Counted from the stretch's first letter, positions 13,836 through 28,485 are shown. The stretch: DNA of 64,000 nt from Eledone cirrhosa (GCA_964016885.1 OZ024746.1:63860001-63924000); one strand, 5' to 3'. Made by a program: numbers and translations. The notes: generated by a model from the sequence alone, not told the origin.

Positions 13836-16800
13836 TGATGATGATGATGATGATGATGGTGTTGGTGTTGGTGTTTATGGTGGTGGTGGTGGTGGTGGAG
13901 GAGATCATGATGGTGGAGGTGATGATGGTGGAGGTGATGGTGGTGGAGGTGATGATGGTGGAGGTGATGATGGTGGAGGTGATGGTGGTGGAGGTGATGG
14001 TGGTGGTGGAGGTGATGATGGTGGTGGAGGTGATGGTGGTGGAGGTGATGGTGGTGGAGGTGATGGTGGTGGTGGAGGTGATGATGGTGGTGGAGGTGAT
14101 GGTGGTGGTGGAGGTGATGATGGTGGTGGAGGTGATGATGGTGGAGGTGATGTGGTGGAGGTGATGATGGTGGAGGTGATGGTGGTGGTGGAGGTGATGA
14201 TGGTGGAGGTGATGGTGGTGGAGGTGATGATGGTGGTGGAGGTGATGGTGGTGGAGGTGATGGTGGTGGTGGAGGTGATGGTGGTGGTGGAGGTGATGAT
14301 GGTGGTGGAGGTGATGGTGGTGGTGGAGGTGATGATGGTGGTGGAGGTGATGATGGTGGAGGTGATGATGGTGGAGGTGATGCTGATGGAGGTGATGGTG
14401 GTGGTGGAGGTGATGATGGTGGAGGTGATGGTGATGGAGGTGATGATGGTGGTGGAGGTGATGGTGGTGGTGGAGGTGATGATGGTGGTGGAGGTGATGG
14501 TGGAGGTGATGGTGGTGGAGGTGATGATGGTGGTGGAGGTGATGGTGGTGGTGGAGGTGATGATGGTGGTGGAGGTGATGGTGGAGGTGATGGTGGTGGT
14601 GGAGGTGATGATGGTGGTGGAGGTGATGGTGGTGGAGGTGATGGTGGTGGAGGTGATGGTGGTGGTGGAGGTGATGGTGGTGGAGGTGATGGTGGTGGTG
14701 GAGGTGATGATGGTGGAGTTGGTGGTGGTGGAGGTGATGGTGGTGGAGGTGATGATGGTGGTGGAGGTGATGATGGTGGAGGTGATGATGGTGGTGGAGG
14801 TGATGGTGGTGGAGGTGATGGTGGTGGAGGTGATGGTGGTGGTGGAGGTGATGGTGGTGGAGGTGATGATGGTGGTGGAGGTGATGGTGGTGGAGGTATG
14901 ATGGTGGAGGTGATGGTGGTGGTGGAGGTGATGGTGGTGGAGGTGATGGTGGTGGAGGTGATGATGGTGGTGGAGGTGATGATGGTGGTGGAGGTGATGG
15001 TGGTGGAGGTGATGGTGGTGGAGGTGATGGTGGTGGAGGTGATGGTGGTGGAGTTGGTGGTGGAGGTGATGGTGATGGAGGTGATGATGGTGGTGGAGGT
15101 GATGATGGTGGTGGAGGTGATGGTGGTGGAGGAGATGGTGGTGGAGGTGATGGTGGTGGAGGTGATGATGGTGGAGGTGATGGTGGTGGAGGTGATGGTG
15201 GTGGAGGTGATGGTGGTGGAGGAGATGATGGTGGTGGAGGTGATGATGGTGGTGGAGGTGGTGGTGAAGGTGATGATGGTGGTGGAGGTGATGATGGTGG
15301 TGGAGGTGAAGGTGGTGGAGGTGATGATGGTGGAGGTGATGGTGATGGAGGTGATGGTGGTGGTGGAGGTGATGATGGTGGTGGAGGTGATGGTGGTGGT
15401 GGAGGTGATGATGGTGGTGGAGGTGATGATGCTGGTGGAGGTGATGATGGTGGTGGAGGTGATGGTGGTGGAGGAGATGGTGGTGGAGGTGATAGTGGTG
15501 GAGGTGATGATGGTGGAGGTGATGGTGGTGGAGGTGATGATGGTGGAGGTGATGGTGATGGAGGTGATGGTGGTGGAGGTGATGGTGGTGGAGGTGATGA
15601 TGGTGGAGGTGATGGTGGTGGAGGTGATGGTGGTGGAGGTGATGGTGGTGGAGGTGATGGTGGTGGAGGTGATGGTGGTGGAGGTGATGGTGGTGGAGGT
15701 GATGGTGGTGGAGTTGGTGGTGGAGGTGATGGTGGTGGTGGTGATGGTGGTGGAGGTGATGGTGATGGAGGTGATGATGGTGGTGGAGGTGATGATGGTG
15801 GTGGAGGTGATGGTGGTGGAGGAGTTGGTGGTGGAGGTGATGGTGATGGAGGTGATGATGGTGGTGGAGGTGATGGTGGTGGAGGAGATGGTGGTGGAGG
15901 TGATGGTGGTGGAGGTGATGATGGTGGAGGTGATGGTAGTGGAGGTGATGGTGGTGGAGGTGATGATGGTGGAGGTGATGGTGGTGGAGGAGATGATGGT
16001 GGTGGAGGTGATGGTGGTGGAGGTGATGGTGGTGGAGGTGATGATGGTGGAGGTGATGGTGGTGGAGGTGATGGTGGTGGAGGAGATGGTGGTGGATGTG
16101 ATGGTGGTGGAGGAGATGGTGGTGGAGGTGATGGTGGTGGAGGTGATGATGGTGGTGGAGGTGATGGTGGTGGAGGTGATGATGGTGGAGGTGATGGTGG
16201 AGGTGATGGTGGTGGAGGAGATGATGGTGGTGGAGGTGATGATGGTGGAGGTGATGGTGATGGAGGTGATGATGGTGGAGGTGATGGTGATGGAGGTGAT
16301 GGTGGTGGAGGTGATGGTGGTGGTGAAGGTGATGGTGACGGAGGTGATGGTGGTGGAGGTGATGGTGGTGGAGGTGATGATGGTGGAGGTGATGGTGGTG
16401 GAGGTGATGGTGGTGGAGGAGATGATGGTGGGGGTGATGGTGGTGGAGGTGATGATGGTGGAGGTGATGGTGGTGGAGGAGATGATGGTGGAGGTGATGG
16501 TGGAAGTGATGGTGGTGGAGGTGATGGTGGTGGAGGTGATGGTGGTGGTGGAGGTGATGATGGTGGTGGAGGTGATGGTGGTGGAGGTGATGGTGGTGGA
16601 GGTGATGGTGGTGGAGGTGATGATGGTGGTGGAGGTGATGATGGTGGTGGAGGTGATGATGGTGGAGGTGATGGTGGTGGAGGTGATGATGGTGGAGGTG
16701 ATGATGGTGGAGGTGAGGGTGGTGGAGGTGATGGTGGTGGAGGAGATGATGGTGGAGGTGAGGGTGGTGGAGGTGATGGTGGTGGAGCAGATGATGGTGG

Positions 16801-19605
16801 AGGTGATGGTGGTGGAGGTGATGATGGTGGAGGTGATGGTGGTGGTGGTGATGGTGGTGGTGGTGGAGGTGGAGGTGATGATGGTGGTGATGATGGTGGA
16901 GGTGATGATGGTGGAGGAGATGGTGGTGGAGGTGATGGTGGTAGTGGTGATGGTGGTGGAGGTGATGGTGGTGGAGGTGATGATGGTGGTGGAGGTGATG
17001 ATGGTGGAGGTGATGGTGGTGGAGGTGATGGTGGTGGAGGTGATGGTGGTGGTGATGATGGTGGAGGTGATGGTGGTGGAGATGATGGTGGTGGAGGTGA
17101 TGGTGGTGGAGGTGATGGTGGTGGAGGTGATGGTGGTGGTGAAGGTGATGGTGATGGAGGTGATGGTGGTGGAGGTGATGGTGTTGGAGGTGATGGTGGT
17201 GGAGGTGATGGTGGTGGAGGTGATGGTGGTGGAGGTGATGGTGGTGGAGGTGATGGTGGTGGGTCTGATGGTGGTGGAGGTGATGGTGGTGGAGGTGATG
17301 GTGGTGGTGGAGGTGATGGTGGTGGAGGTGATGGTGGTGGAGGTGATGGTGGTGGAGGTGATGATGGTGGATGGTGGTGGAGGTGATGGTGGTGGAGGTG
17401 ATGGTGGTGGATGGTGGTGGAGGTGATGGTGGTGGAGGTGATGGTGGTGGATGGTGGTGGAGGTGATGGTGGTGGAGGGGATGGTGGTGGATGGTGGTGG
17501 AGGTGATGGTGGTGGAGGTGATGATGGTGGTGGAGTTGATGGTGGTGGAGGTGATGGTGGTGGAGGTGATGGTGGTGGAGGTGATGGTGGTGGAGGTGAT
17601 GGTGGTGGAGGTGATGGTGGTGATGGTGGTGGAGGTGATGGTGGTGGAGGAGATGATGGTGGTGGTGATGATGGTGGAGGTGATGGTGGTGGAGTTGGTG
17701 GTGGTGGAGGTGATGATGGTGGAGGTGATGGTGGTGGAGGTGATGGTGGTGATGGTGGTGGAGGTGATGGTGGTGGAGGAGATGATGGTGGTGGAGGTGA
17801 TGGTGGTGGTGATGGTGGTGGAGGTGATGGAGGTGATGGTGGTGGAGGTGATGGTGGTGGAGGAGATGGTGGTGGAGGTGATGGTGGTGGAGGTGATGGT
17901 GGTGGAGGTGATGATGGTGGTGGAGTTGATGGTGGTGGAGGTGATGGTGGTGGAGGTGATGGTGGTGGAGGTGATGGTGGTGGAGGTGATGGTGGTGGAG
18001 GTGATGGTGGTGATGGTGGTGGAGGTGATGGTGGTGGAGGAGATGATGGTGGTGGTGATGATGGTGGAGGTGATGGTGGTGGAGTTGGTGGTGGTGGAGG
18101 TGATGATGGTGGAGGTGATGGTGGTGGAGGTGATGGTGGTGATGGTGGTGGAGGTGATGGTGGTGGAGGAGATGATGGTGGTGGAGGTGATGGTGGTGGT
18201 GATGGTGGTGGAGGTGATGGAGGTGATGGTGGTGGAGGTGATGGTGGTGATGGTGGTGGAGGAGATGATGGTGGTGGTGATGATGGTGGTGGAGGTGATG
18301 GTGGTGGAGGTGATGATGGTGGAAGTTATGATGGTGGAGGTGATGATGGTGGTGGAGGTGATGATGGTGGAGGTGATGATTGTGGAGGTGATGGTGGTGG
18401 TGGTGATGGTGGTGGAGGTGATGGTGGTGGAGGTGATGATGGTGGTGGAGGTGATTATGGTGGAGGTGATGGTGGTGGCGGTGATGATGGTGGAGGTGAT
18501 GATGGTGGAGGTGATGATGGTGGTGGAGGTGATGATGGTGGTGGAGGTGATGGTGGTGGAGGTGATGATGGTGGTGGAGGTGATGGTGGTGGAGGTGATG
18601 ATGGTGGAAGTGATGATGGTGGAGGTGATGATGGTGGTGGAGGTGATGATGGTGGAGCTGATGGTGGTGGTGGTGATGGTGGTGGAGGTGATGGTGGTGG
18701 AGGTGATGATGGTGGTGGAGGTGATTATGGTGGAGGTGATGGTGGTGGAGGTGATGATGGTGGAGGTGATGATGGTGGAGGTGATGGTGGTGGAGGTGAT
18801 GGTGGTGGAGGTGATGGTGGTGGAGGTGATGGTGGTGGTGATGATGGTGGAGGTGATGATGGTGGTGGAGGTGATGATGGTGGAGGTGATGGTGGTGGAG
18901 GTGATGGTGGTGGAGGTGATGGTGGTGATGATGGTGGAGGTAATGGTGGTGGAGGTGATGGTGGTGGTGGTGGTGATGGTGGTGGTGGAGGTGATGATGG
19001 TGGAGGTGATGGTGGTGGAGGTGATGGTGGTGGTGGTGGTGATGGTGGTGGTGGAGGTGATGATGGTGAAGGTGATGGTGGTGGTGGTAATGATAGTAGT
19101 AAAGGTGGTGGTGGTGATGGTAGTGGTGGTGATAATGATGATGCTGGTGGTGGTGAGGGTGATGATGATAATGGTGGTGGCGGCTATGGTGATAGTGATG
19201 ATGATGGTGAATATGATGAAGGTGATGGTGGTGTTGGTAAAGGTAGTGATGGTGGTGGTGGTGTTGGTAAAGGTAGTGATGTTGGTGGTGGAGGTAGTCC
19301 TGATGATGAAGATGATGGTGGTAGTGATAATGGTGGAGGTTACGGTGTAGTGATGAAAATGAATATGTTGATGAAGGGGATGGTGGTGTTGGTAGTGGTG
19401 GTAGTGATGATAATTATGATGGTGGTGGTAGTGGTGGTAGTGATGATAATGATGATGGTGGCGTTGGTAGTGATAGATTGTGACGGTGGTTGTTGTTGTT
19501 GTGGTGGTGATGATGATGATGATGATGATGGCAGTGGTGGTCATAGTGATGGTGGATGATGGTGGTAGTGAAGGTGTTGGCGGCGGTGGTGGTGGGTGGT
19601 GATGG

Positions 19606-19649
<44 letters not shown>

Positions 19650-19803
19650 GTAGTGATAGATAATGATGGTGGTTGTTGTTGTTGTTGTTGTGGTGGTGAT
19701 GATGATGATGATGATGGTGATGATGGCAGTGGTGGTCATAGTGATGGTGGATGATGGTGGTAGTGAAGGTGTTGGCGGCGGTGGTGGGTGGTGATGGTGA
19801 TGG

Positions 19804-19844
<41 letters not shown>

Positions 19845-19860
19845 GTGGAGGTTGTGATTA
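13836..19860. repeat. 6-kb GGT/GAT/GGA triplet mosaic satellite
   Basis: Built from (GGAGGTGAT(GAT)(GGT)1-3) modules; higher-order duplication at ~17500-17890 vs ~17890-18280; several frame slips. Confidence 0.95.
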
Positions 19861-19970
19861 GATGACAATAACATGGCGATAGTGACGAGGGAGATGAGGA
19901 AGATGGAAGGGATGAGAACGGGAGAAGAGTAATGATGATAATGCAAATGATAGCAGTGATGATGACAACG

Positions 19971-20362
19971 TAGAAGAAGAAGAAGAAGAAGAAGAAGAAA
20001 AAGAAGAAGAAAAAGAAGAAAAAGAAGAAGAAGAAGAAGAAGAAGAAGAAAAAGAAGAAGAAAAAGAAGAAAAAGAAGAAGAAGAAGAAGAAGAAGAAGA
20101 AAAAGAAGAAGAAAAAGAAGAAAAAGAAGAAGAAGAAGAAGAAGAAAAAGAAGAAGAAGAAGAAGAAGAAGAAAAAGAAGAAGAAGAAGAAAAAGAAGAA
20201 GAAGAAGAAGAAGAAGAAAAAGAAGAAGAAAAAGAAAAAGAAGAAGAAGAAAAAGAAGAAAAAGAAAAAGAAGAAGAAGAAAAAGAAGAAAAAGAAGAAG
20301 AAGAAGAAAAAGAAGAAGAAGAAGAAGAAGAAGAATAAGAATAAGAATAAGAAGAAGAAGAA
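19971..20362. repeat. (GAA/AAA)n polypurine tract; a similar tract lies at 62519-62752
   Basis: Direct reading. Confidence 0.95.
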
Positions 20363-20672
20363 AGGGAGGAAGATGGTGACGACAATGGTGAATTATTTTT
20401 CTTTTTCTGTGTAATATTTCCTTCTCTTCCAGAGTTTCGAGAATTCTTTGAAAAGACAACAAAACAGACAAAAATACTTAAACAAATTTATTAAAAACCA
20501 CAAAAACAACAACAACAACAACAACAACAAAAACAACAATAATCACAACATCAACTGAACAACTGATTGCAGTATGGTTATTAATATATATATATAAATA
20601 TATGTATGTATATATATGTATGTGTATATATGTATGTGTATATATGTATGTGTATATATGTACATATATATA

Positions 20673-21296
20673 TGGTGGCTGCCAACTCGTTTTCGAGTAC
20701 GGCCACTACTTTATATCCATGTAGGAGAACCCCTACCGATACGCTGAACGAGTGTGACTTTTTAGTCTAACCAGCGACTTCAAAACTCTGGTACAAACAC
20801 TACACTTGTGACAATTATTGACACATAGTGCTGGGCCCATGGTACCATGTGACGACAAATGCAGAGAGATCTCCAGATATAAAGCAATGCCTGTGCCGTG
20901 AAGCTTTTATAGTGAGCAAAGGCACTGCACAAAGCCAGTCCCACTCTCTTAACCAAGATGATATTTACCAAAAAGAAGAACAAGTCAACATCATTGGATA
21001 TCATCAGGGTTGCAGGTGTTATATCAGAGTTTTCCTTCTCCTAGAATTCTACCTTGACTAAGGCTAAGGGGTCATCTCTCCCGGTGATTTTGGATGGCCA
21101 TTGACTCTTAAGAGCTCCTTTGACCTTTGACAGGTTTTGTTTTTAGTCCTGCAGGATGTCCAAAGTCACCCTCCTCACCAAGAAGCCTTGGTGGGGTTGC
21201 CAGTTTAGTCGCCAACGACCCGACCATGAGACAGGTTGTACTGGGATACATGTCAGGTCACCAGTTGGTGCTACTGGTAACATGTATCCCAGTACA
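20673..21296 (-). mobile_element. Unclassified retro-derived element in (TA)n with an RTE-5'UTR-like motif and a terminal 17-bp hairpin
   Basis: On minus at ~21026-21070: ttagccttagtcaaggtag..ctaggagaaggaaaactctg; hairpin tgtactgggatacatgt (21237-21253)/acatgtatcccagtaca (21280-21296). Confidence 0.5.
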
Positions 21297-21513
21297 CATA
21301 TATATATATATATGTACATATATACATACATACATATATATATATGTATGTACATACATACATATATACATATATATGTATACATATAAATATATACATG
21401 CATACATATAAATATATACATGCACACATATATATACATGCATACATATATATATATACATATATATATATGAATATATTCATATATATACATATATATA
21501 TATGCCTACATAC

Positions 21514-21566
<53 letters not shown>

Positions 21567-21567
<1 letters not shown>

Positions 21568-21782
21568 GGTGAAGGCGTGTGGCTAGAGAATTTGATTCAC
21601 AATCTTGAGGTTGTGAGTTCGATTCCTGGACCGGGCGATGCGTTATGTCCTTGAGCAAGACACTTTATTTCACGTTGCTCCTTCTACCTGGAGTTGCGAC
21701 CGATAGATAGTATTAGCAACTGGAAAGACCAACGGAAACATTGTTTCCTCGGTCCGATTTGACGAAAGTTGATCGATCGTTT
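21567..21782 (+). mobile_element. tRNA-derived CORE-like SINE (third tail type); copies at 33545-33755 (-) and 2060-2315 (+, decayed)
   Basis: gagttcgattcctggaccgg...tccttgagcaagacactttatttcacgttgctcc...ggaaacattgtttcctcggtccgatttgac. Confidence 0.8.
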
Positions 21783-21791
21783 TATATATAC

Positions 21792-21823
<32 letters not shown>

Positions 21824-22294
21824 GCATACATACATATATGTATGCATACATACATATATGTATGCATACATACATATATATACATATATATATACATACA
21901 TACATATATATAAATATATATATGCATACATACATATATACATACATATACATATACACATGTGTATATCATGACTCATGCACTGTTCATTTTCCTGACG
22001 TTTTATACATTCACCTATGTACTATACATACACTTTTGATGAGTTGTAGTGCACCTGAGCACTGTACACAATATTTCATTATTATTATTATATGCATATA
22101 TACATATATACACATATATATATATATATATACATACATACATATATATACATATATACATACATATATACATATATATTAGAAATTAGAAATTATAAGC
22201 TTTCTCCGTATTTTAGACTAAAGAAATTTCTAGCCTGATAGTGGGGTTTATAAAAGATGAGTGTTGCCGTATACATATATATATATATATATAT

Positions 22295-22331
<37 letters not shown>

Positions 22332-22416
22332 CATACATATATACATACATATATACATACATATATACATACATATACACATACATATATATATACATAT
22401 ATATACATATATACAT

Positions 22417-22451
<35 letters not shown>

Positions 22452-22528
22452 CACATACATATATACACATACATACATATATACATACATATATACATAT
22501 ATATATACATATATATACATATATACAT

Positions 22529-22559
<31 letters not shown>

Positions 22560-22570
22560 CATATATACAT

Positions 22571-22655
<85 letters not shown>

Positions 22656-22816
22656 CACATACATATATACACATACATACATATATACATACATATATAC
22701 ATATATATATATATACATATATATATACATATATATATACATATATATATACATATATACATACATATATATATACATATATATACATACATACATACAT
22801 AGATATATATACATAC

Positions 22817-22876
<60 letters not shown>

Positions 22877-23369
22877 TTTATATACATATATCTCCATACA
22901 TACATATACATACACATACACACACATATATATATATACATATACATATAAGAAAATATTTTTAAAAATGAAAATAAAAACATATTTTAAAACACATAAA
23001 TAATAGAAATAAAATATGAAAAATAAATGAAAAAAAAAAATGAAAAAATAAAAATCACAAAAAGCAACTAAAATCAAAAGTGACGCTCTTATCCTCACCC
23101 ACATCACCTACCCCAAGAAAATGTCAGAAGAACTTACAATTCACTGCTGATATCAATTTGGGTTAAAAAACAAAATCTATCTTTTGCAAAGTCTCGTTTT
23201 CTTCTTTGATTTAAACACAAGTGTTAGGATGTTACAATTTTATAATGAAGCAAATACAAATTATTGTTCTCGTCTGATATTTTGTTTTCAATGTCTTGCT
23301 TTTGGAATATATATATATATATATATAAGTATGTATGTATATATGTGTGTGTGTGTGTGAGTGTATATA

Positions 23370-23497
23370 TACGCACAGAAGTATGTATATATATATGTGT
23401 ATGTATATATGTGTGTGTGTGTATATATATATGCACAGAACTATGTATGTATATATGTGTGTGTGTGTGTATATGCATAGAAGTATGTATGTATATA

Positions 23498-23551
<54 letters not shown>

Positions 23552-23645
23552 TATACATACATACTTCTGTGCATATATATATATATGCATATACATACAT
23601 ACTTCTGTGCATATATATATATGCATAGGAGTATGTATGTATATA

Positions 23646-23679
<34 letters not shown>

Positions 23680-23817
23680 CACACACACACATATATACAT
23701 ACATACTTCTATGCATATATACACACATACACACACATATATATACATACATACTTCTGTGCATATATATACACACACACACATATATACATACACATAT
23801 ATATATACTTCTGTGCG

Positions 23818-23855
<38 letters not shown>

Positions 23856-23878
23856 TATATACATATATACTTCTGTGC

Positions 23879-23911
<33 letters not shown>

Positions 23912-24312
23912 TATATACATACACATATATACATACTTCTGCGCGTATATATATATACACACACACATACATATATACATACACATTTATACATACTTCT
24001 GCGCGTATATATATATATATACACACACACACATATATACATACACATATATACATACTTCTGCGCGTATATATATATATATACACACACACACATATAT
24101 ATATACATACATACTTCTGTGCATATATATATATATATAAGTAAGTATGTTTTGAAACAGTGAGCAGATTTGAAATTAGAAAATATATAGCTTTCACCGT
24201 ATTTTTGACTAAAGGAATTTTTTAGCCTGATACTGGGGTTTAGAACCCTCAGATAAATGGAAAAAGATGAATATATATATACACACATATATATATACAT
24301 ACTTCTGTGCAT
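23370..24312. repeat. Microsatellite-embedded minisatellite (GCACAGAAGTAT core) present in both orientations
   Basis: Forward cores at 23373-23490 and ~23623; reverse cores ATACTTCTGTGC at 23560-23612 and 23700-24312. Confidence 0.8.
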
Positions 24313-24320
24313 ATATATAC

Positions 24321-24960
<640 letters not shown>

Positions 24961-25051
24961 CACATGTATATCTGTGAGTCTGTATAAATATATGTGTGAT
25001 ATGAATCTATCTCTTTGGGTTTAATGCACGCACACTAATATAAATACACAC

Positions 25052-25126
<75 letters not shown>

Positions 25127-25210
25127 GTGTTAAACAATATTCAATGAGTATGTCAAAGAATGAGTTTTACAGTAGATTGGAAGCACTCTTAGGTTATGTC
25201 ATGTATCATT

Positions 25211-25267
25211 ATATTTTGTCTGATGAGGACGTACTGTTGTACATCCGAAATATGTATAATGAAATGT
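25211..25267 (+). ncRNA. Minimal type-I hammerhead ribozyme motif
   Basis: atattttgt-CTGATGA-ggacgtac-tgtt-gtacatcc-GAAAT-atgt-ATA-atgaaatgt. Confidence 0.7.
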
Positions 25268-25684
25268 AATTGATCAAAAGAACATCTATTTTATTAATAT
25301 TTATATTTTAATATATATATATATATATATAATATATATACAAATATATATATAATATATATATAAATATATAATATATATATATATATATATATGCACA
25401 CGTTTTATTTAAAATGTTGGGTTACAACGAGTAAATATTTTATAACTGATATAAAAGCACTCAACAGATTTTGGAGCATTTTACGATATTAAACAAATGG
25501 AAATTACATTTATAAAACCATATCTATTTCATTATATATATTTCAGGGATATCATATTAAAATATGGTATGCCCTCTTCAGACAAAATACAATATATAGA
25601 CAGTTTTATATAGACAGTTTTATAAATAAATTTATAGACAGTTTTATAAATAAATTTTATAAATAAATTTGACATACCTTAGAG

Positions 25685-26510
25685 CACTAAATAGGGCACT
25701 AAATAGGGCACTAAATTATGCATTCAAACATACAGACCTAACTAGCAATGAAATGCACATTATACTATCGGCAAGAAAAACATTGATAGAATTTAATAAC
25801 CAACTATGGACTAGGGCAGATAGGGATAGCAATTTTGACATTACTATGGGATCATCTGACTCAGCTCAGGTAACAGACCTTGTGGGCCTATTTATAATTA
25901 ATTCGCTGCATAGGAAAATACCCGGTGCTACCGGAGGATTATATAGAGATGACATGCTTTTACTTATTGAAAATAATAACTCTGAACTAAATAGAAAAAG
26001 AAAACAAATTATACAATTTTTTAATTACCTTAATCTAAAAATAGAAATTGAGAATAACCATAGAATAGTCAATTTCTTAGATGTAACATTAAATCTCAAC
26101 ACATGTCTTCACTATCCATTTCACAAGTTAAATGAAAACTTGAATTATGTCAACTTTAACTCCAACCACCCCAGATCTGTTAAAAATACTATAGTGAACT
26201 CTGTTCAAAAACGTATCTCTAGAATCTCATCTAATAAAAATATTTCGACCAAAAAGCCCACTATTACAATGAAGCGTTAGCTAGAGCAGGATATAGTGAT
26301 AAAATTATGTACATCGATAATAATAGACAAACTAACCAAAATAACAACAATTTTAATTACGGTAACAACTTTAACAACTATAATAGAAAGAACTACAATA
26401 ATTCCAAAAACCAGAAAAGGAATAGAACTAGAAACATAATTTGGTTTGCCCCCCCCCCCCCCCCCCTTTCTCACTAAACATTAAAACCCACATCGCTAAA
26501 CTATTTTTTG
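25685..26510 (+). pseudogene. Penelope-like reverse transcriptase, 5'-truncated and frameshifted
   Basis: FDITMGSSDSAQVTDLVGL, GLYRDD, VNFLDVTLNL, YVNFNSNHP, WFxPPFS motifs. Confidence 0.9.
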
Positions 26511-27100
26511 GTGCTCTTGGCGGGCGATTCCCTGGAGCACATGGGTGTCGCTCAATTTTCAATGGACATACTGTGGGATTAACCTACTCGTCCACCGGGG
26601 GTTTGGCACAAAATGTTGATGGAATGGGTGATGGGAATCTGGAACCTGGCCAGGATGCCGATGGTGGCATAAACAATGTTCAAGTGGGCAGCTGTGGCTG
26701 TGGAGATGGATCTGGGTGCCCGTTAGGTGGCAATTGCTTGGTTGAAAATGTGGTATACAACTGTGGTGTTGGGGCTGACTTGAATTCTTTTAATTGTGTT
26801 GGTTCCACCTCGACGGAATTTGGGCTTCGCTGTGGTGGTCGCAGGGGTTCTTTCACGGATCCAGGCGGGGAGTCTTCAGCATCGCTGTCAGGCTTGCTCT
26901 GGCGGCTTGGGCATGGTGGCGTTGGATATTCGACGGTTTGGAGTGTGGTCTCAGGAGGGATTCCTTTTGGCTCCTCCTCTGGGACATGTGGCCTCTGCGC
27001 GGGGAGATGTTCTTTATACTAAAGTCTAGGGGTTCCCTTGGTTTGCGGACCGATTTGTTCAGTTGCTGCAGACATGGATTGAGCTCAACTTTTGGGTATA
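26510..27100 (+). pseudogene. Penelope-like linker and GIY-YIG endonuclease, A-to-G hypermutated
   Basis: CxC..CPL.GNCLVENVVY, (Y>C)(I>V)GST, F(K>G)LR, SLS..LW.L, CxLC spacing preserved while K/N/Y/H/I codons became G/G/C/R/V. Confidence 0.85.
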
Positions 27101-28485
27101 GATGTGGGTTTAAAATGTGGTGTGTTTACTCAAGACTTTTGATTATTTTAGAAAACTTGGCGATGGGTCTTTCGATTCCTTCAGTTCTTTAGACCTTCTT
27201 CATGAGTATGTGGTTGATAATGTAATTGGACTGCCTTAAAACGATGGTGATCCAAATCTATTGAATGGGATTTTTAAGCTAGATGAACTTCTGGGATAAA
27301 TATGGGAGCGTCTGTGGGGCAGCCGAGTATCCTAGAGTTTTTTTTTGAGTGATTTCTGCTGGGTGGGTTTGGTGAGTGGTTTTGGTTTTGTTTGCTTTTG
27401 GCTCTGGTTGCTTCTGGTGGGCTTGGCAGTGTTGTCAGGTGGATTGGAGGGATTGATTGGTGTGCTGGGCGCGCTGTGTTTTTATTGCGGCCCTAGATAT
27501 TCTGGGGAGGAAGGTATTCTTGGCGTTTTTAATATTTTAATATGTTGATATCTGTTCTGTTCTATGCTTGTGCGGTGGTCATGTGGGGGAGGGCAAGAAT
27601 ATTGTTGTTGTTAGTAATGTATGTTTTGTGTGTATGTATATGTGTGTACACTTGTGTGTATAGAAATTTTTTTTTTTTTTTGACGCAATGAAGATTTCCA
27701 TGTGAAATGGGAGTTTGCAGAGCTGATCATGTGGACTCGCATGTGTCTATAATGTCAGTTTGAGATAGCCTTCTCTTTTTCTTTCTCTTTTCTCTTTTTT
27801 CATGAAAATACGTGTGTGCTTGTGTGTTCCAGTGTTTTTTGAGGTTTTGTCTCGGATTTTGATTGTAAACCTATGGGCATATAGTCACTGTTTTTTCACG
27901 CATTGTTGGTGTGTGTCTCATTCATGAGTATTGATGTTTACATTATAATTCATGTGGGTTGATAGACTGATGAAGCATAGTGTTTTGAAGCTGTCATTTT
28001 TGTTTCTGGGTATATCCCCTCTCCTGCTCCCTCTGCTCCTATATCGGCTGTTTTAACTCTATCTCCTGTATATCACCCCTCCCCTATCTCTCCCACCTCG
28101 TGTGGTGGATGTTGCTCGATCTGCCTCTCCTTGTTTTTGTTTTTGTTTCTCCCCGTATCCTTGGCACTAAATAGGTAGATAAACAGGTGAATAATTGCGG
28201 TGCCCCTTCCCTCATTGATCTCTCATTCGGTGGTTTTCTCTTTGCATGCGTTTCTTCATCTTCTTCACCTTCCGCTCTTTCTTTTTCTTTTCTCCTTCTT
28301 TTTCTTTTTCCTTTTTTCCTTTTTTCTCCGTCTTTTTTTCTGGCCGTCCTTAACATTTTCGCTACCGTGGCAACTTTTTGGATGGAGGTTGTGAACTCTA
28401 AGGTATGTCAAATTTATTTATAAAACTGTCTATATATTGTATTTTGTCTGAAGAGGGCATACCATATTTTAATATGATATCCCTG

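Noticed and set aside
13905-20471. 2188-aa protein and the overlapping 249-842-aa ORFs
   Set aside because: Triplet satellite lacks stops in several frames; no domain, and composition shifts at frame slips
26441-27022. Gly/Cys-rich structural protein
   Set aside because: Motif spacing matches a PLE GIY-YIG domain; the Gly excess is explained by A>G conversion of Lys/Asn codons
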